64,000 nucleotides of DNA from Eledone cirrhosa (taxonomy: Eukaryota): the NCBI GenBank assembly GCA_964016885.1, contig OZ024741.1, forward strand, positions 119,102,001-119,166,000, given 5' to 3'. The notes beneath the pieces were generated by a model, which saw only the letters and a program-made list of their open reading frames with translations, ran no database searches and was not told the origin of the DNA. Made by a program: the position numbers and the translations under genes. Below are positions 13,348-28,080 of the stretch, one piece after another (positions within the stretch are counted from its first letter, which is position 1; every line of letters begins with the position of its first letter).

Positions 13348-13966
13348 GTGATGATGGTGGTATTGGTGATGGTGATCGTGATGGTGGTAGTGAGGATGGT
13401 TTTGGTATTGGTGATAGCGATGATGATGATGGTGGTGGTGGTGATAGTGGTGTTGATGATGGTGATGGTGGTCTTGATGGTGTTGGTAATGGTGATAGTG
13501 TTGGTGGTGGTGGTGATGATGGATGTTGTGGTAGTGATGGGGGTGTTGGTGTTGGTGGTAGTAATGATAGTGGTGGTGATGGATGTTGTGGTAGTAATGG
13601 GGGTGTTGGTGGTAGTAATGATAGTGGTGGTGATGAGGGTGATAGTGGTGGTGGTGATGATGGTAATGGTACTGATGATAATGGTGGTGATAATAGTGGT
13701 GGTGGTGATAAAGGTAGTGTTGGTGGTGATCTTGATGGTAGTGGTGCTGGAAGTAATGATAGAGGTGATGATGGTGGTGGTAATGGTGATAATGATAGTG
13801 TTGGTGATGGCAGTGGTGCTGGTGATGATGGAGGTTATGGAGATAATGGTAGTGGTGATAGTTAGTTGTGGTAGTAATTGTGGTGGTGGTAGTTGTTGGT
13901 GATGGTAGTTGCGGTGGTAGTGGTGGTGGTGGTGGCGGCGGCGGCGGTGGTGGTGGTGGTGGTGGT
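13348..13966. repeat. Degenerate (GGT/GAT)n trinucleotide tract
   Basis: Low-complexity; gives the Gly/Asp-rich and Val/Met-rich pseudo-ORFs. Confidence 0.9.
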
Positions 13967-14069
13967 AGATTCGTTTCTAAGACTTCCGCCTCATTTCAGA
14001 AGGAAGGAATCATTGGAAAATATTGCTATCGTCGCTTCTGTCAAAGATGGATTCGTTACATACATTTTT

Positions 14070-14129
14070 TTACCATTATGACTCTCTCTCACTCTCCCAT
14101 TCTCTCTCTCACTCTCACTCCCACTCCCT

Positions 14130-14198
<69 letters not shown>

Positions 14199-14333
14199 GT
14201 TTCCTATATATGACTGTATATTATATATACACCACAAAATATATATATAATAATAATATATATAATAATAATAAGGGTTGACGGACCCAGCATATTTATC
14301 AATGCCAGTACCGGTTGTATCTCAGCGCACTCA

Positions 14334-14376
<43 letters not shown>

Positions 14377-14935
14377 ATGTATGTATCTATATATTACAAT
14401 AACACACACACACACACACAAACATATATATATATATATTATATATATATATATATATATACTGACAAATACATATATATACATACACAAATAAATATAC
14501 ACACACATGCACACATACAAAATAATATGTGTGTGTGTGTGTGTGTGTGGGTGGGTGGGTGGGTGTGGGTGTGTGTGGGGAGGGGGGGGGGAGGTGTAAG
14601 GCAAGTTGTAGTTGTTTGTTGCAGTTTATATTATTGCTATGATTATCACGAGAGATGTAGATCCAGTTTTATCACGTACAGACAGACATGAAACACTAAC
14701 TGTTTGCGACAGCTCACCATTAGCGACAGATTCCATAACAGGGAAACACGTTATTGCGCAAAGATCAGATATTCGAAAGACTATATATATATATATATAT
14801 ATATATAAATGTGTGTGTGTGTCTGTGTGTGTGTGCGTGCGCGTGTGTGTGTATATATGTGTGTATATTATTACCATTATGACTCTCTCTCACTCTCCCA
14901 TTCTCTCTCTCACTCTCCCTCCCACTCCACTCTCT

Positions 14936-14986
<51 letters not shown>

Positions 14987-15022
14987 GTTTCCTATATATG
15001 ACTGTATATTATATATACACAC
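14070..15022. repeat. Local direct duplication (~160 bp; 14070-14232 and 14870-15022)
   Basis: TTACCATTATGACTCTCTCTCACTCTCCCATT...CAGTTTCCTATATATGACTGTATATTATATATACAC occurs twice. Confidence 0.85.
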
Positions 15023-15690
15023 AAATATATATAATAGTCAATTGCAACTATAACATGTAAATGTTCATCAAATATATAATTAGTCAATTGCAACTATAAC
15101 ATGTAAATGTTCATCAAATATTAATTTATACTGCTCAGAAGCGATTCCTAGAGCTGAAATGATTGTAAATGACCTCTTTGAGTCTAAACTCTAAGCTATT
15201 TATCACTGCTCCCCCAGGTGAGCTGAATTTTGTAATCCCATATAAACGGCTGTTATTTCTAGCACTATGTGTGGGACGTTAGAGGACTGGAATAAGCCGT
15301 GTGCAAAACCTCGTGTATTTTCGCTACGCTAACCAGACCTTAGATATTTTTCTGAGGTTGAGTTATTTTATTTTTATCTGGGTACCTATTGATAAACACA
15401 GAAAAAGTTGATTAACTCACTGCTAATTAGTTAATTATTGTACTATTATACCATCCTTTGTGAAACATGTTTGAAGTTTGAAGTTCTGACCGATCTGCGG
15501 AAAAAGTTTGTATTTTGAATTTTAAACGTGTCTAGGTACCAAGGCTTTTTGCCCATATGAGTCTGTGAGTATTGATTTATTATTTTCTAGATCGTACAGG
15601 CAGACCTTATGTTGTAGAATTAAGATTTTTCACTCTAGCGATCTTATTAGTCAATTGCAACTATAACATGTAAATGTTCATCAAATATTA

Positions 15691-15744
<54 letters not shown>

Positions 15745-15755
15745 GTGTGTGTGTG

Positions 15756-15806
<51 letters not shown>

Positions 15807-15837
15807 GACAGTCAAATATATGTGTCTGCGTGTTTAT

Positions 15838-15871
<34 letters not shown>

Positions 15872-15944
15872 GTTCCCCAAAAATGTATACACATATTTAT
15901 TAGAAAGCTGTTGAAGTGTGTATACATTTTGTGGGGACACCCTG
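15872..15944. mobile_element. Mariner/Tc1-like MITE remnant
   Basis: GTTCCCCAAAAATGTATACAC / GTGTATACATTTTGTGGGGACACCCTG inverted termini. Confidence 0.55.
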
Positions 15945-16469
15945 CATATATATGAATATATTGTGTGTATGTGTGTATGTGTGTGTGTGTTCAACTGTAG
16001 TAATGAGTTGTGATGCCACTGGTGTCAAGTTGTATCGGCCTTTGTCTTTCCCTTGGACAACATCGATGGCGTGGAGAAGGCAACTGCTGGTTTTCCACCA
16101 ACAACCTTGCCTCAGAAGGGAAATCTTTAGCTGCAAATCCCATGTTCATCTGTGACGGAAGAGAGGTTCTTTATCCGTATATATAAATGCATATATACAT
16201 TGGTTTCATGGATTGCATTTAATGCTGGCATACATGATGATACATACATAATTGTTTCTACTTTTGGCAAAAGGCCAGCTATTATCCAGTGTATTACTGG
16301 TACTTTATTTTATCTACCCTGCAAGGTTGAAAGGCAAAGTTAACCTCGGCGGGATTTGAATTTAGAATGGCAAGGGCCGTAACTCTTTGCTGCAAAGCAT
16401 GGCGTCCGACCCTCTACCGATACTGCAGGAGCATTATAGATGTGGATTTTTAGTCCTGCTAGGAACTTG

Positions 16470-17260
16470 CCTATGGCCAGCAATGCCATGCATCGCCAAA
16501 AAATGTCACATATCAAGTGATGCTTGTGCTTGAAGCTTTTTTAAGTGAGGAAAGACTTTGCACGGAGCCAATCCCACTCTCTGAATATCGAATACATTTA
16601 CCCAAAAATAAGAACTGGTCTGCATCATTGGATGCAAACGAAGTCGCAGGTTTTATATCAGAGTGACTTTCTCCTAGAGAGATGTTTTAATGAAGACATC
16701 TCTCGCTCTACAAAAAAAAAAAACTTTATTAGATTGCTGTGGACTCTCTTGAGTCTCTCCACCCGGGTTTTGTTTTTCATCGCGCGGGGTGTCCAAAATC
16801 ACCCTCCTCATCAAGCAAGCTTGGTGGGGTTGCCGAATTAGTCGCTGACGACCCGTCCATGCACAGGTTGTACTGCGTTACATGTTACTAATCACGCTGA
16901 AGAGCGACCTGACATAACATACATACATACATGATGGCTGCCCCCACGTTATCGAGTATGTCCATTGCACGATATAACATTATTAATAATTATTAATTAA
17001 TTCTATCGTGCAATGCCTGTGCGTGAAGATATTTTTTAAAATGAGGAAAGACTGTGCACTGAGCCAATCCCACTCTCTGAGCGACAGTAGCTATAACCCG
17101 AAAAGAAGAAAAGATCAACATCATCGGTAACTACTGAACCGCAGGTTTTATATCGGAGTTATCCCAGTTTCCTGAGTTGCCTTCTCCTAGAAGAATGCCC
17201 TGACAAAGGCTAGGGGTCCTTCACTCCCAGTGGTTTAACCGCTCGATCAGGTGTCCAGCC
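16470..17260 (-). mobile_element. Diverged RTE 5'-UTR-like remnants (two pieces)
   Basis: AGCCAATCCCACTCTCTGA, GCAGGTTTTATATC and CTTGGTGGGGTTGCC are shared with 17324-17933. Confidence 0.6.
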
Positions 17261-17323
17261 CGACTATTTCTATATCCCCGTGCATATACACACACATGCA
17301 CCCATGCATATACACATATACAT

Positions 17324-17933
17324 GGTGGCTGCTAACTCGTTTTCGAGTACGGCCACTACTTTATTTCCATGTAGGAGAACCCCTACCGATGCGCTGAACG
17401 AGTGTGACTTTTTAGTCCAGCCAGCGACTTGAAAACTCTGGTACAAACACTACAGTTGTGACAATCATTGACACATAGTGCTGGGCCCATGGTACCATGT
17501 GACGACAAGTGCAGAGAGATCTCCAGATATAAAGCAATGCCTGTGCCGTGAAGCTTTTATAGTGAGCAAAGGCACTGCACAAAGCCAGTCCCACTCTCTT
17601 AACCAAGATGATATTTACCAAAAAGAAGAACAAGTCAACATCATTGGATACCATCAGGGTTGCAGGTGTTATATCAGAGTTTTCCTTCTCCTAGAATTCT
17701 GCCTTGACAAAGGCTAAGGGGTCATCTCTCCCGGTGATTTTGGATGGCCATTGACTCTTAAGAGCTCCTTTGCCCTTTGACAGGTTTTGTTTTTAGTCCA
17801 GCACTATGTCCAAAGTCAACCTCCTCACCAAGAAACCTTGGTGGGGTTGCCAGTTTAGTCGCCAACGACCTGACCATAAGACAGGTTGTACTGGGATACA
17901 TGTTACCAGTAGCACCAACTGGTGACCTGACAT
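17324..17933 (-). mobile_element. Full-length (~610 bp) non-autonomous RTE-derived element
   Basis: 5' end resembles the 5' region of the RTE remnant (~47730-47845); 3' end carries C2H2-like codons, a short UTR and an (AT) tail. Confidence 0.75.
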
Positions 17934-18144
17934 ATACCTGACGTATACGTATGTATGTACACATATACATACATGTGTACATACATACATACGCACACAC
18001 ATGTATCAAGAAAATGTCTACCGATTTTAAAACTCCTTGATTTCCATTACTTCTGTACTGCACATCCGGACGTTCTTTGACGATTTCGGTAGCATATAAG
18101 GTTTTCTATGAGAGGCGGCTGCTAGTCCCGTCATCAATCCTTCT

Positions 18145-18440
18145 GACACCGTGGTTTAGTGGGTTAGTGTTCGGCTCGTTAGTTCTATTCCCGGTGACTC
18201 CTTGTGTTCTTGAGCAAGATACTTTATTTCACGTTACCTCAGTCCACTCTGCTAACAAAACTGAGTTGTAAGTGCCAGCCTTGTCAGGGACACAGTGTCA
18301 CATTGAATCTTTGCATCAAGGTTTGACACGTCGGTAGAATGCTCAGCCACTTGCACATTAATATCAGGAGCAAACTGTTCAATTGTTCAAGCAACTGAAA
18401 TACTCCTCGGCTGAACCAACGGATATACAACAACAATCGA
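18145..18440 (+). mobile_element. tRNA-derived SINE, family B head with a different tail
   Basis: GTGGTTTAGTGG head, TTGAGCAAGATACTTTATTTCAC core, tail ending ACAACAAC; tail also seen at ~19460-19520 and ~51420-51495. Confidence 0.6.
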
Positions 18441-18662
18441 AAGAAGTGCTGCGTAACAGATTCTGAGGAGGGGTGGGGAGAAACGAGAGGGGAAGTAAAA
18501 TCAACCCGTTTACTCATCCTGGCCCCAGCTAAATGAAAGGCAAAGCTGAGCGCGGAGAGATTTGAACGAAGAGTGTAAAGAACCCGAATGAATGTCATGG
18601 GGCTCTTAATCCGACGCTCTAACGACTTAACCAATTCGTAACCCCTCCCCCTTACACACACA

Positions 18663-18957
<295 letters not shown>

Positions 18958-18970
18958 ATATATATATATA

Positions 18971-19234
18971 TATTAATAAGAGGAATTCCAACTTTGTCTG
19001 ATTTACTCGTTTTATTTACAATCCAATTATTTACAACACAGTTGAAAATTGCAAACTCGACTGTCACCACATATCATGAACCTGAAGATTGCGAAAGCAT
19101 GAAAGTACTTGTTCAATTAACACTTAGAATTTAATATTCTATCATACTATTTCATTATAATACCATTATATATATTTTAAAGGATTGTAAATAAAACGAG
19201 TAAATCAGACAAAGTTGGAATTCCTCTTATTAAT
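18971..19234 (+). mobile_element. Short non-coding PLE-like element with ~54-bp inverted ends and central HHR
   Basis: TATTAATAAGAGGAATTCC...TTTACAATCC (18971-19024) is the reverse complement of 19182-19235. Confidence 0.8.
19078..19114 (+). ncRNA. Minimal type I hammerhead ribozyme
   Basis: GAAC-CUGAAGA-U UGC GAAA GCA U-GAA-AGUACU-U-GUUC. Confidence 0.8.
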
Positions 19235-19289
19235 ATAATCTTCTATACACAATCATACACACCCGTGTGTATTTACCTATCTATATCTA

Positions 19290-19392
<103 letters not shown>

Positions 19393-19622
19393 AGGAAAAT
19401 GCGAAGTTCTGTGTAGCTGTTAAAGAGACCTTTATTAACAATGCTCTGATACATATTTTAGTTACTTGAACAATTGAACAGTGTGCCTCTGAAATCAAGT
19501 GGCTGAGCATTCCAACAACGCGACTAACCTTGACGCAAAGTGCTTGAATCGAATTGCATCATTATTTACTGATTGGTGTGGTGCATAACGCAATTCCGTT
19601 TAGTCAACATGTTTACCGTAAG

Positions 19623-19661
<39 letters not shown>

Positions 19662-20121
19662 GGGGGGAGGGAGAGAGAGAGAGAGTGAGAGAGAGAAATA
19701 CTTAATTAATTCAAGTATGTGTTGGTTAATTACCGACACTCTGTATGCAGGATAGAGCACCCGACGTAGTGTGCAGGTGGGTCTGTTTACTACGGAGTAT
19801 ATATATATACAAGTATAAGTCAACAGGTTAAAATTAACTTCGTTTATTCATATTCGACCAGTACTTTGAGAAACCAACACTAAACTCCAGCACTGAGCAT
19901 ATCAAATAATTGAAATAACAGAAATAAACTTTATTCCATTGTATGTTTTTTAACTTCCACTCATATATATATATATATATATATATTATTTTTATTTTTA
20001 TTTTTATTATGCTTTTATATTTAATTTCATTTGTACCGTTTCCTCTCACCCCCTTTTTTCTATATGTCTCTCCACCACTCCCCTACACACCCTTGGAACT
20101 CTCTTCCCACACACTTTTCGC

Positions 20122-20149
20122 CTGAAGAAGGGCTTATGCCCGAAACGTC
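20122..20149 (+). ncRNA. Minimal hammerhead ribozyme core in a PLE pLTR-like remnant (~19990-20233)
   Basis: CUGAAGA-A-GGGC UUAU GCCC-GAAACGUC, AATAAA downstream; stem I weak. Confidence 0.75.
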
Positions 20150-20233
20150 GTTCCCCACCACCACCCAAGAGCGTGAAACTAATAAATCTTTGTTCGTACT
20201 GCCTCTCTGTTTTGTTCCCGTTCAATTTTTCAC

Positions 20234-20264
<31 letters not shown>

Positions 20265-20556
20265 GAGAACCCACAAGCCTGATATGAGCTATCAGTTCCA
20301 GAGTAGGACCCGATCACATCCGTTCGTACCTTGGGCTGATCAATCGCGAAATGCGCGTCACGTGTGAATAACCACAATGATTTTACATTGACACTTCACC
20401 TATTGGGGAATTTTCTTCTGTTTCTATTTTTTGTTACATCCTTTCTTTTTGTTTTTTTTGTTCATTTTTACACGCAGAATTCTACATTGTGTCGTCCTGT
20501 GCTGTCCTTAATGTATTTTTTTAAAAACTCTTTGTGGTCAATAAAGAAAACATTAT

Positions 20557-21033
20557 TTGGCAGTATCAGTAGAGCGTCGGACATAATGCTTTGCCTTTCA
20601 TCCTTACGGGGTCGATAAAATAAAGCTCCAGTAATTTACTGGGGTCGATTTAATCGACTTACCCGCTCCCCTAAAATTGCTGGCCTTGTGCCTATAGTAG
20701 AAATCATTATTATTATTAATAAGGTTAACTTTGCCTTTCATCCTTACGGGGTCGATAAAATAAAGTACCAGTAATACACTGGGTAATTGCTGGCCTTGTG
20801 CCAAAAGTAGAAACAATTATTAATATTATTAACACTCTGGGCGGTGAATTGGCGGTATCGGTCGGTAGAGGGTCGGACGCCATGCTTTGCAGCAAAGAGT
20901 TACGGCCCTTAATGGTCTGAGTTCAAATCCCGCCGATGTTAACTTTGCCTTTCATGCTTACGGGGTCGATAAAATAAAGTACCAGTAATACACTGGGATA
21001 ATTGCTGGCCTTGTGCCAAAAGTAGAAATAATC
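20557..21033 (+). mobile_element. Three tandem SINE A copies; last (20840-21033) has a 15-bp TSD
   Basis: ATTATTAACACTCTG at 20825-20839 and 21034-21048. Confidence 0.9.
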
Positions 21034-21186
21034 ATTATTAACACTCTGCTTCTTAAAGATACCGACAATAATGAAACACCATACATAGGATCCTATGTTG
21101 GGAGCCGAACCCAAATATTAACCTTGAATGCTGAAACCGGTGGATCATCAGTAACTAAACAGTACACACACACAGTCAGACACAGA

Positions 21187-22130
<944 letters not shown>

Positions 22131-22469
22131 AGGGTGTAGAGTTTCGAGAAATGTCAGGCTACAGATTTATACCTTCGTGTGTGGGGTGATAAATGAATTT
22201 TGTAGAGAGTTAGTTTCTATTTTTAAAAAACCCAACGTTGATCATGAAGTGAGATGAAAGAGTTGGCGATTGTGAAAATATTTATAGTGAGACCATTTTA
22301 TATCAGAACTGGGTCATGTCAACACAAAATAGGTCAGTTGTAAAAGTAACTGGGATGAGAGAAGGAAGAAAACGAAAGGAACAGATGCGACATAATAAAG
22401 TCAATGGAGAAGGTAAGTCTTTTGTAAGAGAGAAACAGAAAGAAAGCAGTAACGTAACTATATGGAGGG

Positions 22470-22501
<32 letters not shown>

Positions 22502-22504
<3 letters not shown>

Positions 22505-22869
22505 TAGTCTCCCGGTATTCGCGGTTCGCGGGGGTTACCGGTACGTTCCTAGAGCATCAGCGAAGAGTGAAATACCGCGAATATTGGACATGGTCCTTAA
22601 AAATGCCTATAAACGTCAAAATATAACGTAAAATATAATTTTAAAAAAAGAGGGAGCGTCTTATGCGAACGGGCGTCCAATAGACCGGCAAATGCGGTAT
22701 ATTGTTATTAATAATTTAGCGTTAAATATTTATATATTGCCATGAAAAGAGCCATAAAAAATCGCGGAAGATATTTACGATTCCGCGAATATGCGGTGGT
22801 TTCCACGAACAATTATTAGCTAGGAAAATTCCGCGTATAACCTGGACCGTGGATGCCGGGGGTACATTG
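22502..22869. mobile_element. Tigger/pogo-like non-autonomous DNA transposon
   Basis: CAGTAGTCTCCCGGTATTCGCGG / CCGTGGATGCCGGGGGTACATTG imperfect TIRs with TA flanks. Confidence 0.65.
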
Positions 22870-23894
22870 TATGTATATATATATATATATATATATATAC
22901 GGATTTTTATTTTCGTTGCGCGGGCCTATTTGAACTTCATTCATGTTGAATAAGCAACTGGGTGGCAAGGAGATCATCAAATCCGCTCAAATTGGTAATG
23001 TACCAAGAAAATAGAAAATGTAATCAGCAATGCACCCAGGCATGCATTAGAGGGCGTATTATAGAAAATCATGACTGGATAACCGCAAAATAATATTGGC
23101 AGAAGCGGAAAACGAAATTCTGTAAAAATTTTGATTTGACTAAAATGTTTGCCTGATATGGCAAAAGGAAGTCGTGATGGAAATAGGTTAAATAGGTTTT
23201 AGAACAAGAGAAATGGTCCGGTAAGCAGAATAAGGTCAGGTTAAATTAGATGTGGGGAAGAAGAGAGGAAATATGACTTTTAATGTTTCCATGCCAGCTC
23301 AATATAATTTGGTAAAAATATAACTGTTGGCAAAAAAAAAAAAGGGGCAGCGAATAGGCAGAGCCGTTAGAAGGTCGGGTAGAATACTTTGCGGTGTTTG
23401 TTTCGGCTCTCTTCTCTCTCAGTTCAAATCCCACCGAGGTCAACTTTGTCTTTCATCCATTCGAGGTCGATAAAAAAGATATCAGTCAAGTACTGGGCTG
23501 ATTCTTCCTCTATATCTCTTTCTTACTTCTATTCTCTCACTCTATCTTTCTCTAGAAAAATCTGTTGTATTCAGATGGTGGAGAGGTGGGCTCCGACAGG
23601 TTTTAAAATGCCTTCGAGACGCTGTATGTCAATAGGGCCCCCTACGACTCCCTTAACTCTTACTGGACTATGCATGGATAACTGTTGGCACGGAATATTT
23701 TCTTATTCCAGTTCGAATTCAATCGACTGTTTTGTGGAAAATATCCGCTATTAGTCTTTTTTGTATTAGTGTTACTGCCTGAGTGTGAGTGTGTGTATGA
23801 GTGCATGTGTGTGAGTGTGTGTTCGTAGGTATATGTGTTTGTGGGTTTATACGTTCGGGTAGGTGTGTGTTTATGTGTGTATGTGTGTGTGTGT

Positions 23895-23930
<36 letters not shown>

Positions 23931-24964
23931 TCATACGTGCGGAATGAATTACGTTTATGCGGGCTTTTCGTGTTATTTCTACATCAACGTTTGTGAATGG
24001 AAAGGACCTCCGTCGGTTTCGAATATGAGTGCTCCAGGTATTCGAACAACGGAGCAGTCTGCGCGGGAAATAAACGTTTGAGTGGCTGATCATTTGACAG
24101 ATACGTATTGCCTTTAACGTAATCCTCAGGAAGATTCGGTGTTATTCAATATGTGACAAGGCTGGTCCTTTGAATTATGAATTCAGTCCAGCCACCTCAC
24201 GGGGTTCCAAACAGTTTCTGTCTATCAGGTTTCACTTATCAAACTGGGGTCGACCCGTGGGTATGGTAAATGACTGTTACCCAAGATTCAATACAGTAGG
24301 ATCGAACCGTGGGACTAATGAATTACGAAGCGAACTTCGTAACAATTTGGTCATGCTGCGTCCAAACATGAATTCATCCCACCACGACCATCGTCAGCCA
24401 AAGAAGGCCTCTTATTGTACTTGCTGACATATTTGTATTTCTCTATAATTGATAGATCGAATCGATCAACAAGATCCTAGACCTTCCTCGATTACCGAGT
24501 GAGGTGGAACTCGTCAAATTGGACCAAGGAAACAATGTTTCCATTGGTCTTTTTCTTTTGCTGATAGTATCCTGACAGAAAGAGCAACATGAAATAAAGT
24601 GTCTTGCTCAAGGATGTAACGCATCAGTCTGGGAATCGAACTCACAATCCCACGATTGTGAATCAATTTCTCTAATCATTGAGTCACATGCCATCTCTAT
24701 GTTGTGTATTGTTGTTGTTGTTGTTTTGCCCCCCCCCCTGTCAGACCTCCTCCTCCTTGTCAGTCCCTCCTTGCTCTGGGACTAAATCTGGAGAAAGATC
24801 TGACCAGCATCTGTCACCTTTACAGATTACATGAAGTTTTGGCTGGATGAATTGTTGGTGAACCTCTCGATGTAACATGTTTAGTGTTTACACCTTCATA
24901 TGACATACATACATACATACATACATACATACATACATACATACATACATACATACGTACGTAC

Positions 24965-25012
<48 letters not shown>

Positions 25013-25015
<3 letters not shown>

Positions 25016-25203
25016 AACGAGTAGGACCCCGACGGCTGAGCTCAAGCCGTTTCGACGGCTAATTCTGGACCGAATTTGCCGTCGAAACGGCTTGAGCTCA
25101 GCCGTCGGGGTCCTACTCGTTCCTATTACCCACTCTACTACCCTAAGTATTGAGTACTTTGGTGCGTTATGGTCCACCTGGTTCCTTACCACATTTCCTC
25201 CGT
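25013..25203 (+). mobile_element. PLE-like tail with near-perfect hairpin and 3' half of an HHR
   Basis: Arms ~25013-25060 and ~25077-25124; GAAACGGCUUGAGCUCAGCCGUC at 25084-25106. Confidence 0.7.
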
Positions 25204-25224
25204 TATATATATATATATATATAT

Positions 25225-26030
25225 GGTTGGCCCTTAACAATAGGTAATTTTCCGAAAGTTAAAATGTTGCTGTTCCTACCCCCTAATCCTGTTCTAATCA
25301 CCAAAAACACCAGGTGTCCAAAATGTCAGCTCAATCGGACAACTGTTAGGCGACCCTCAAACGCCTTGAAGTTGTAACATAGTATACGCAACGATTAATT
25401 CTGTTAAAAAAACGGTATACTGTTCCCTCTCTCGACCATTTTCATTTTTCTTCGTAGAGAAATTTATGAGGACACGTTCAGGCAACCCCACCAAATGTTT
25501 AAAAACGTTCTGAATCAAATTTATCTATAGTTAATTTGAAAAATTCCTGAAATAACATGAAAAGCTTAAGAAATATTAGGTTTTCTTAATAAAGCACACA
25601 ACATCTATAAGAGAGCAACGCATTTTATTTACAACAATAATTTCTATAGAATCAAAAACATAATGTGAACACTGAACACTGAACATTATTTTTGCATAAG
25701 AGAGGATTTAGTGGCAGTTGGGTATGTTTTACGGTTTTCGGTAACAAATTGTTTCTCAGTTTCATCTTTTGTGAGAATGTTATTGTAATCCTGAATGAGT
25801 TTGACACCTCTTTCTGCAACATCATTCACAACAACTGTCTTCTCAAGTTTTTCAAGTCCAGTTTTGTAACCAGGATCATCCTTCCACGTTAAAGGGTCTT
25901 TGTCGAAGAAATATGTGCTGATAGAAAATCTCGTGAAGAAAGTTTTTGTACCAGGAGTTACAAAAGACGAAAACTCGATGTTTGTAAAGGAAGAAAAGTC
26001 ATTTTAGTGAAGAATGTACCTCTTCAGTTG
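25225..26030 (-). pseudogene. hAT (hATm-like) transposon remnant with transposase C-terminus
   Basis: Minus strand ~25740-25980 reads FVTPGTKTFFTRFSISTYFFDKDPLTWKDDPGY...VVVNDVAERGVKLIQDYNNILTKDETEKQF. The terminus resembles the 26402 TIR region. Confidence 0.75.
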
Positions 26031-26401
26031 ATTTATTTTCTTCTTCCTCTTCTTCACCTTTGTCTGCTTCCAGCATAACTTAACCTCTCCTTGCTCTCCT
26101 TGCTCTCCCTTTCTCATTGTTCTCCTTGCTCTCCTTTTCTCCTTGCTCTTCTTACTCTCCTTGCTCTCGTTTCCTTATTGCTCCCCTTGCTCTCCTTTTC
26201 TCCTTACTCTCCTTTTCTCCTTACTTTCCTTTTCTTCTTGTATCTATGTACTTGTTTTTATACAAATACAATGAGAAAAGGGGAGCAAGGAGAAATATGA
26301 AAGCAAGGATAGTAAGGAGAGTATATATATATATATATATATTACTCAATACTGAGTAGTCATTTCTCTCAGCTGTCAACCACATACGGATATAAGCATA
26401 T

Positions 26402-26791
26402 TAGGGTGACCCTTAGCAATAGGTAATTTTCAGAAAGTTAACATTTTGCGGCACCCACAGTGAAATATAAATGTTTGCTCTATATCTGCGCTCTGTCCCC
26501 ATCTTTGCAAGTTGCCTTCCCCATTATATTTATTGTCACTTATCCTCTTCATACCAAGAATAAGTCTGAACAAGTTTTTAATTTAAAAGAAAATTATAGA
26601 AGTGATAAAAAATATTTGATCTGTAAAAATGACTTTCCGGGCGAAAACTTCAAAATTTCACAATGAGGGTCTCCTTGCAGTTGTCCGCTTGAGCTAAAAT
26701 TTTGCATATATTGTTTTTTTTTTTGTTAATTGGAACATGATAGGGGGTGGGAGCTAAACTTTTAGAAAGTTAATAATTAAGGGTCACCCTA
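26402..26791. mobile_element. hATm-like MITE
   Basis: Perfect 14-bp TIRs TAGGGTGACCCTTA / TAAGGGTCACCCTA. Confidence 0.8.
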
Positions 26792-26918
26792 ATATATATA
26801 TATATATTATATTAAAATAACAGATTAAAGTTTAAGCAAAGAATCGTTGCTCTAGGGTTCTTATATATTTACCCTTATCGAGCCCTCTTTGGATTTTAGT
26901 CTTCAAATTTATTATTAT

Positions 26919-26971
<53 letters not shown>

Positions 26972-27319
26972 ATTATGAGTTTATGTGAGTTATTTGACTT
27001 AATTAGAATGTAAAAAAATCTAAACGAAACTCATGCTATCCACGAAAACAAATCATAATAATCATATGATTATTAGGGAGATTCAATGTAACGCAATGTC
27101 TGACAAAGATGAACCTATGAATTACAGGTACAGTCCATCAGACGGGCTTCCAAATAGTTTCCGGCTATCCTATTCTACTTACAAGACCCGAGACTTTGGT
27201 AAATGACATTTGCCCAAGAAGCCACACAGCAGGATTGAACCCGAGAACTAATTATTGCGAAGCATACCTCTTAACCATTTGCCAAGGCTGCTTCCATTGA
27301 GCATGTGGCTTATTGAAGT

Positions 27320-27392
<73 letters not shown>

Positions 27393-27454
27393 ATATATAT
27401 TATACATACATACATACATACATACATACATACATACATACATACATACATACA

Positions 27455-27487
<33 letters not shown>

Positions 27488-27490
27488 GTA

Positions 27491-27521
<31 letters not shown>

Positions 27522-27524
27522 GTA

Positions 27525-27585
<61 letters not shown>

Positions 27586-28002
27586 TACATATATGTATGT
27601 ATGTATGCATGCATGTATGTATGTATGTATGTATGTATGTATGTATGTATGTATGTATGTATGTATGTATGTATGTATGTATGTATGTATGTATGTATGT
27701 ATGTATGTATATATATATATATATATCATAAAACATGTCTATAGAATCACCAGATAAAATATATACCATTTCCTCTCCCAATTAGCATAATTAACCATAT
27801 AAAAAATCGATTAGACCAAGCTATAAGAATAAAGGCTTCTATGAAGAAATCTCCGTCAAATAACCGAAATCAGCCCTTCGCGCCGGCTGCGACGGAATAT
27901 TTATCGAATATTTCGACAGCGTGTATGAATCGCCCAGATATACAGTCAATTAAACAGAATTAGGTGTAAAATAAACTAGGAGAAAAGTGAACATATTTAG
28001 TT

Positions 28003-28080
28003 ACCTCGACCATGGTTTCGTCCGCATTTTAAGATATCCGATAGCTTCGGACACCTAGAGCACCGGACTCTTCAGGAAGT
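28003..28080 (-). ncRNA. Type I hammerhead ribozyme with extended stem II
   Basis: ACUUC-CUGAAGA-GUCCG...CGGAC-GAA-ACCAUGGU-C-GAGGU. Confidence 0.85.

Noticed and set aside
13320-13902. Gly/Asp-rich 181-aa ORF
   Set aside because: Degenerate GGT/GAT repeat open in more than one frame; begins inside a SINE head; no splice or signal evidence.
21125-21155. HHR candidate (TCATCAG near GAAACCGGT)
   Set aside because: The two core halves are on opposite strands; no valid fold.
26085-26240. Leu/Ser-rich ORFs
   Set aside because: Degenerate (CTCCTTGCT)n low-complexity repeat.
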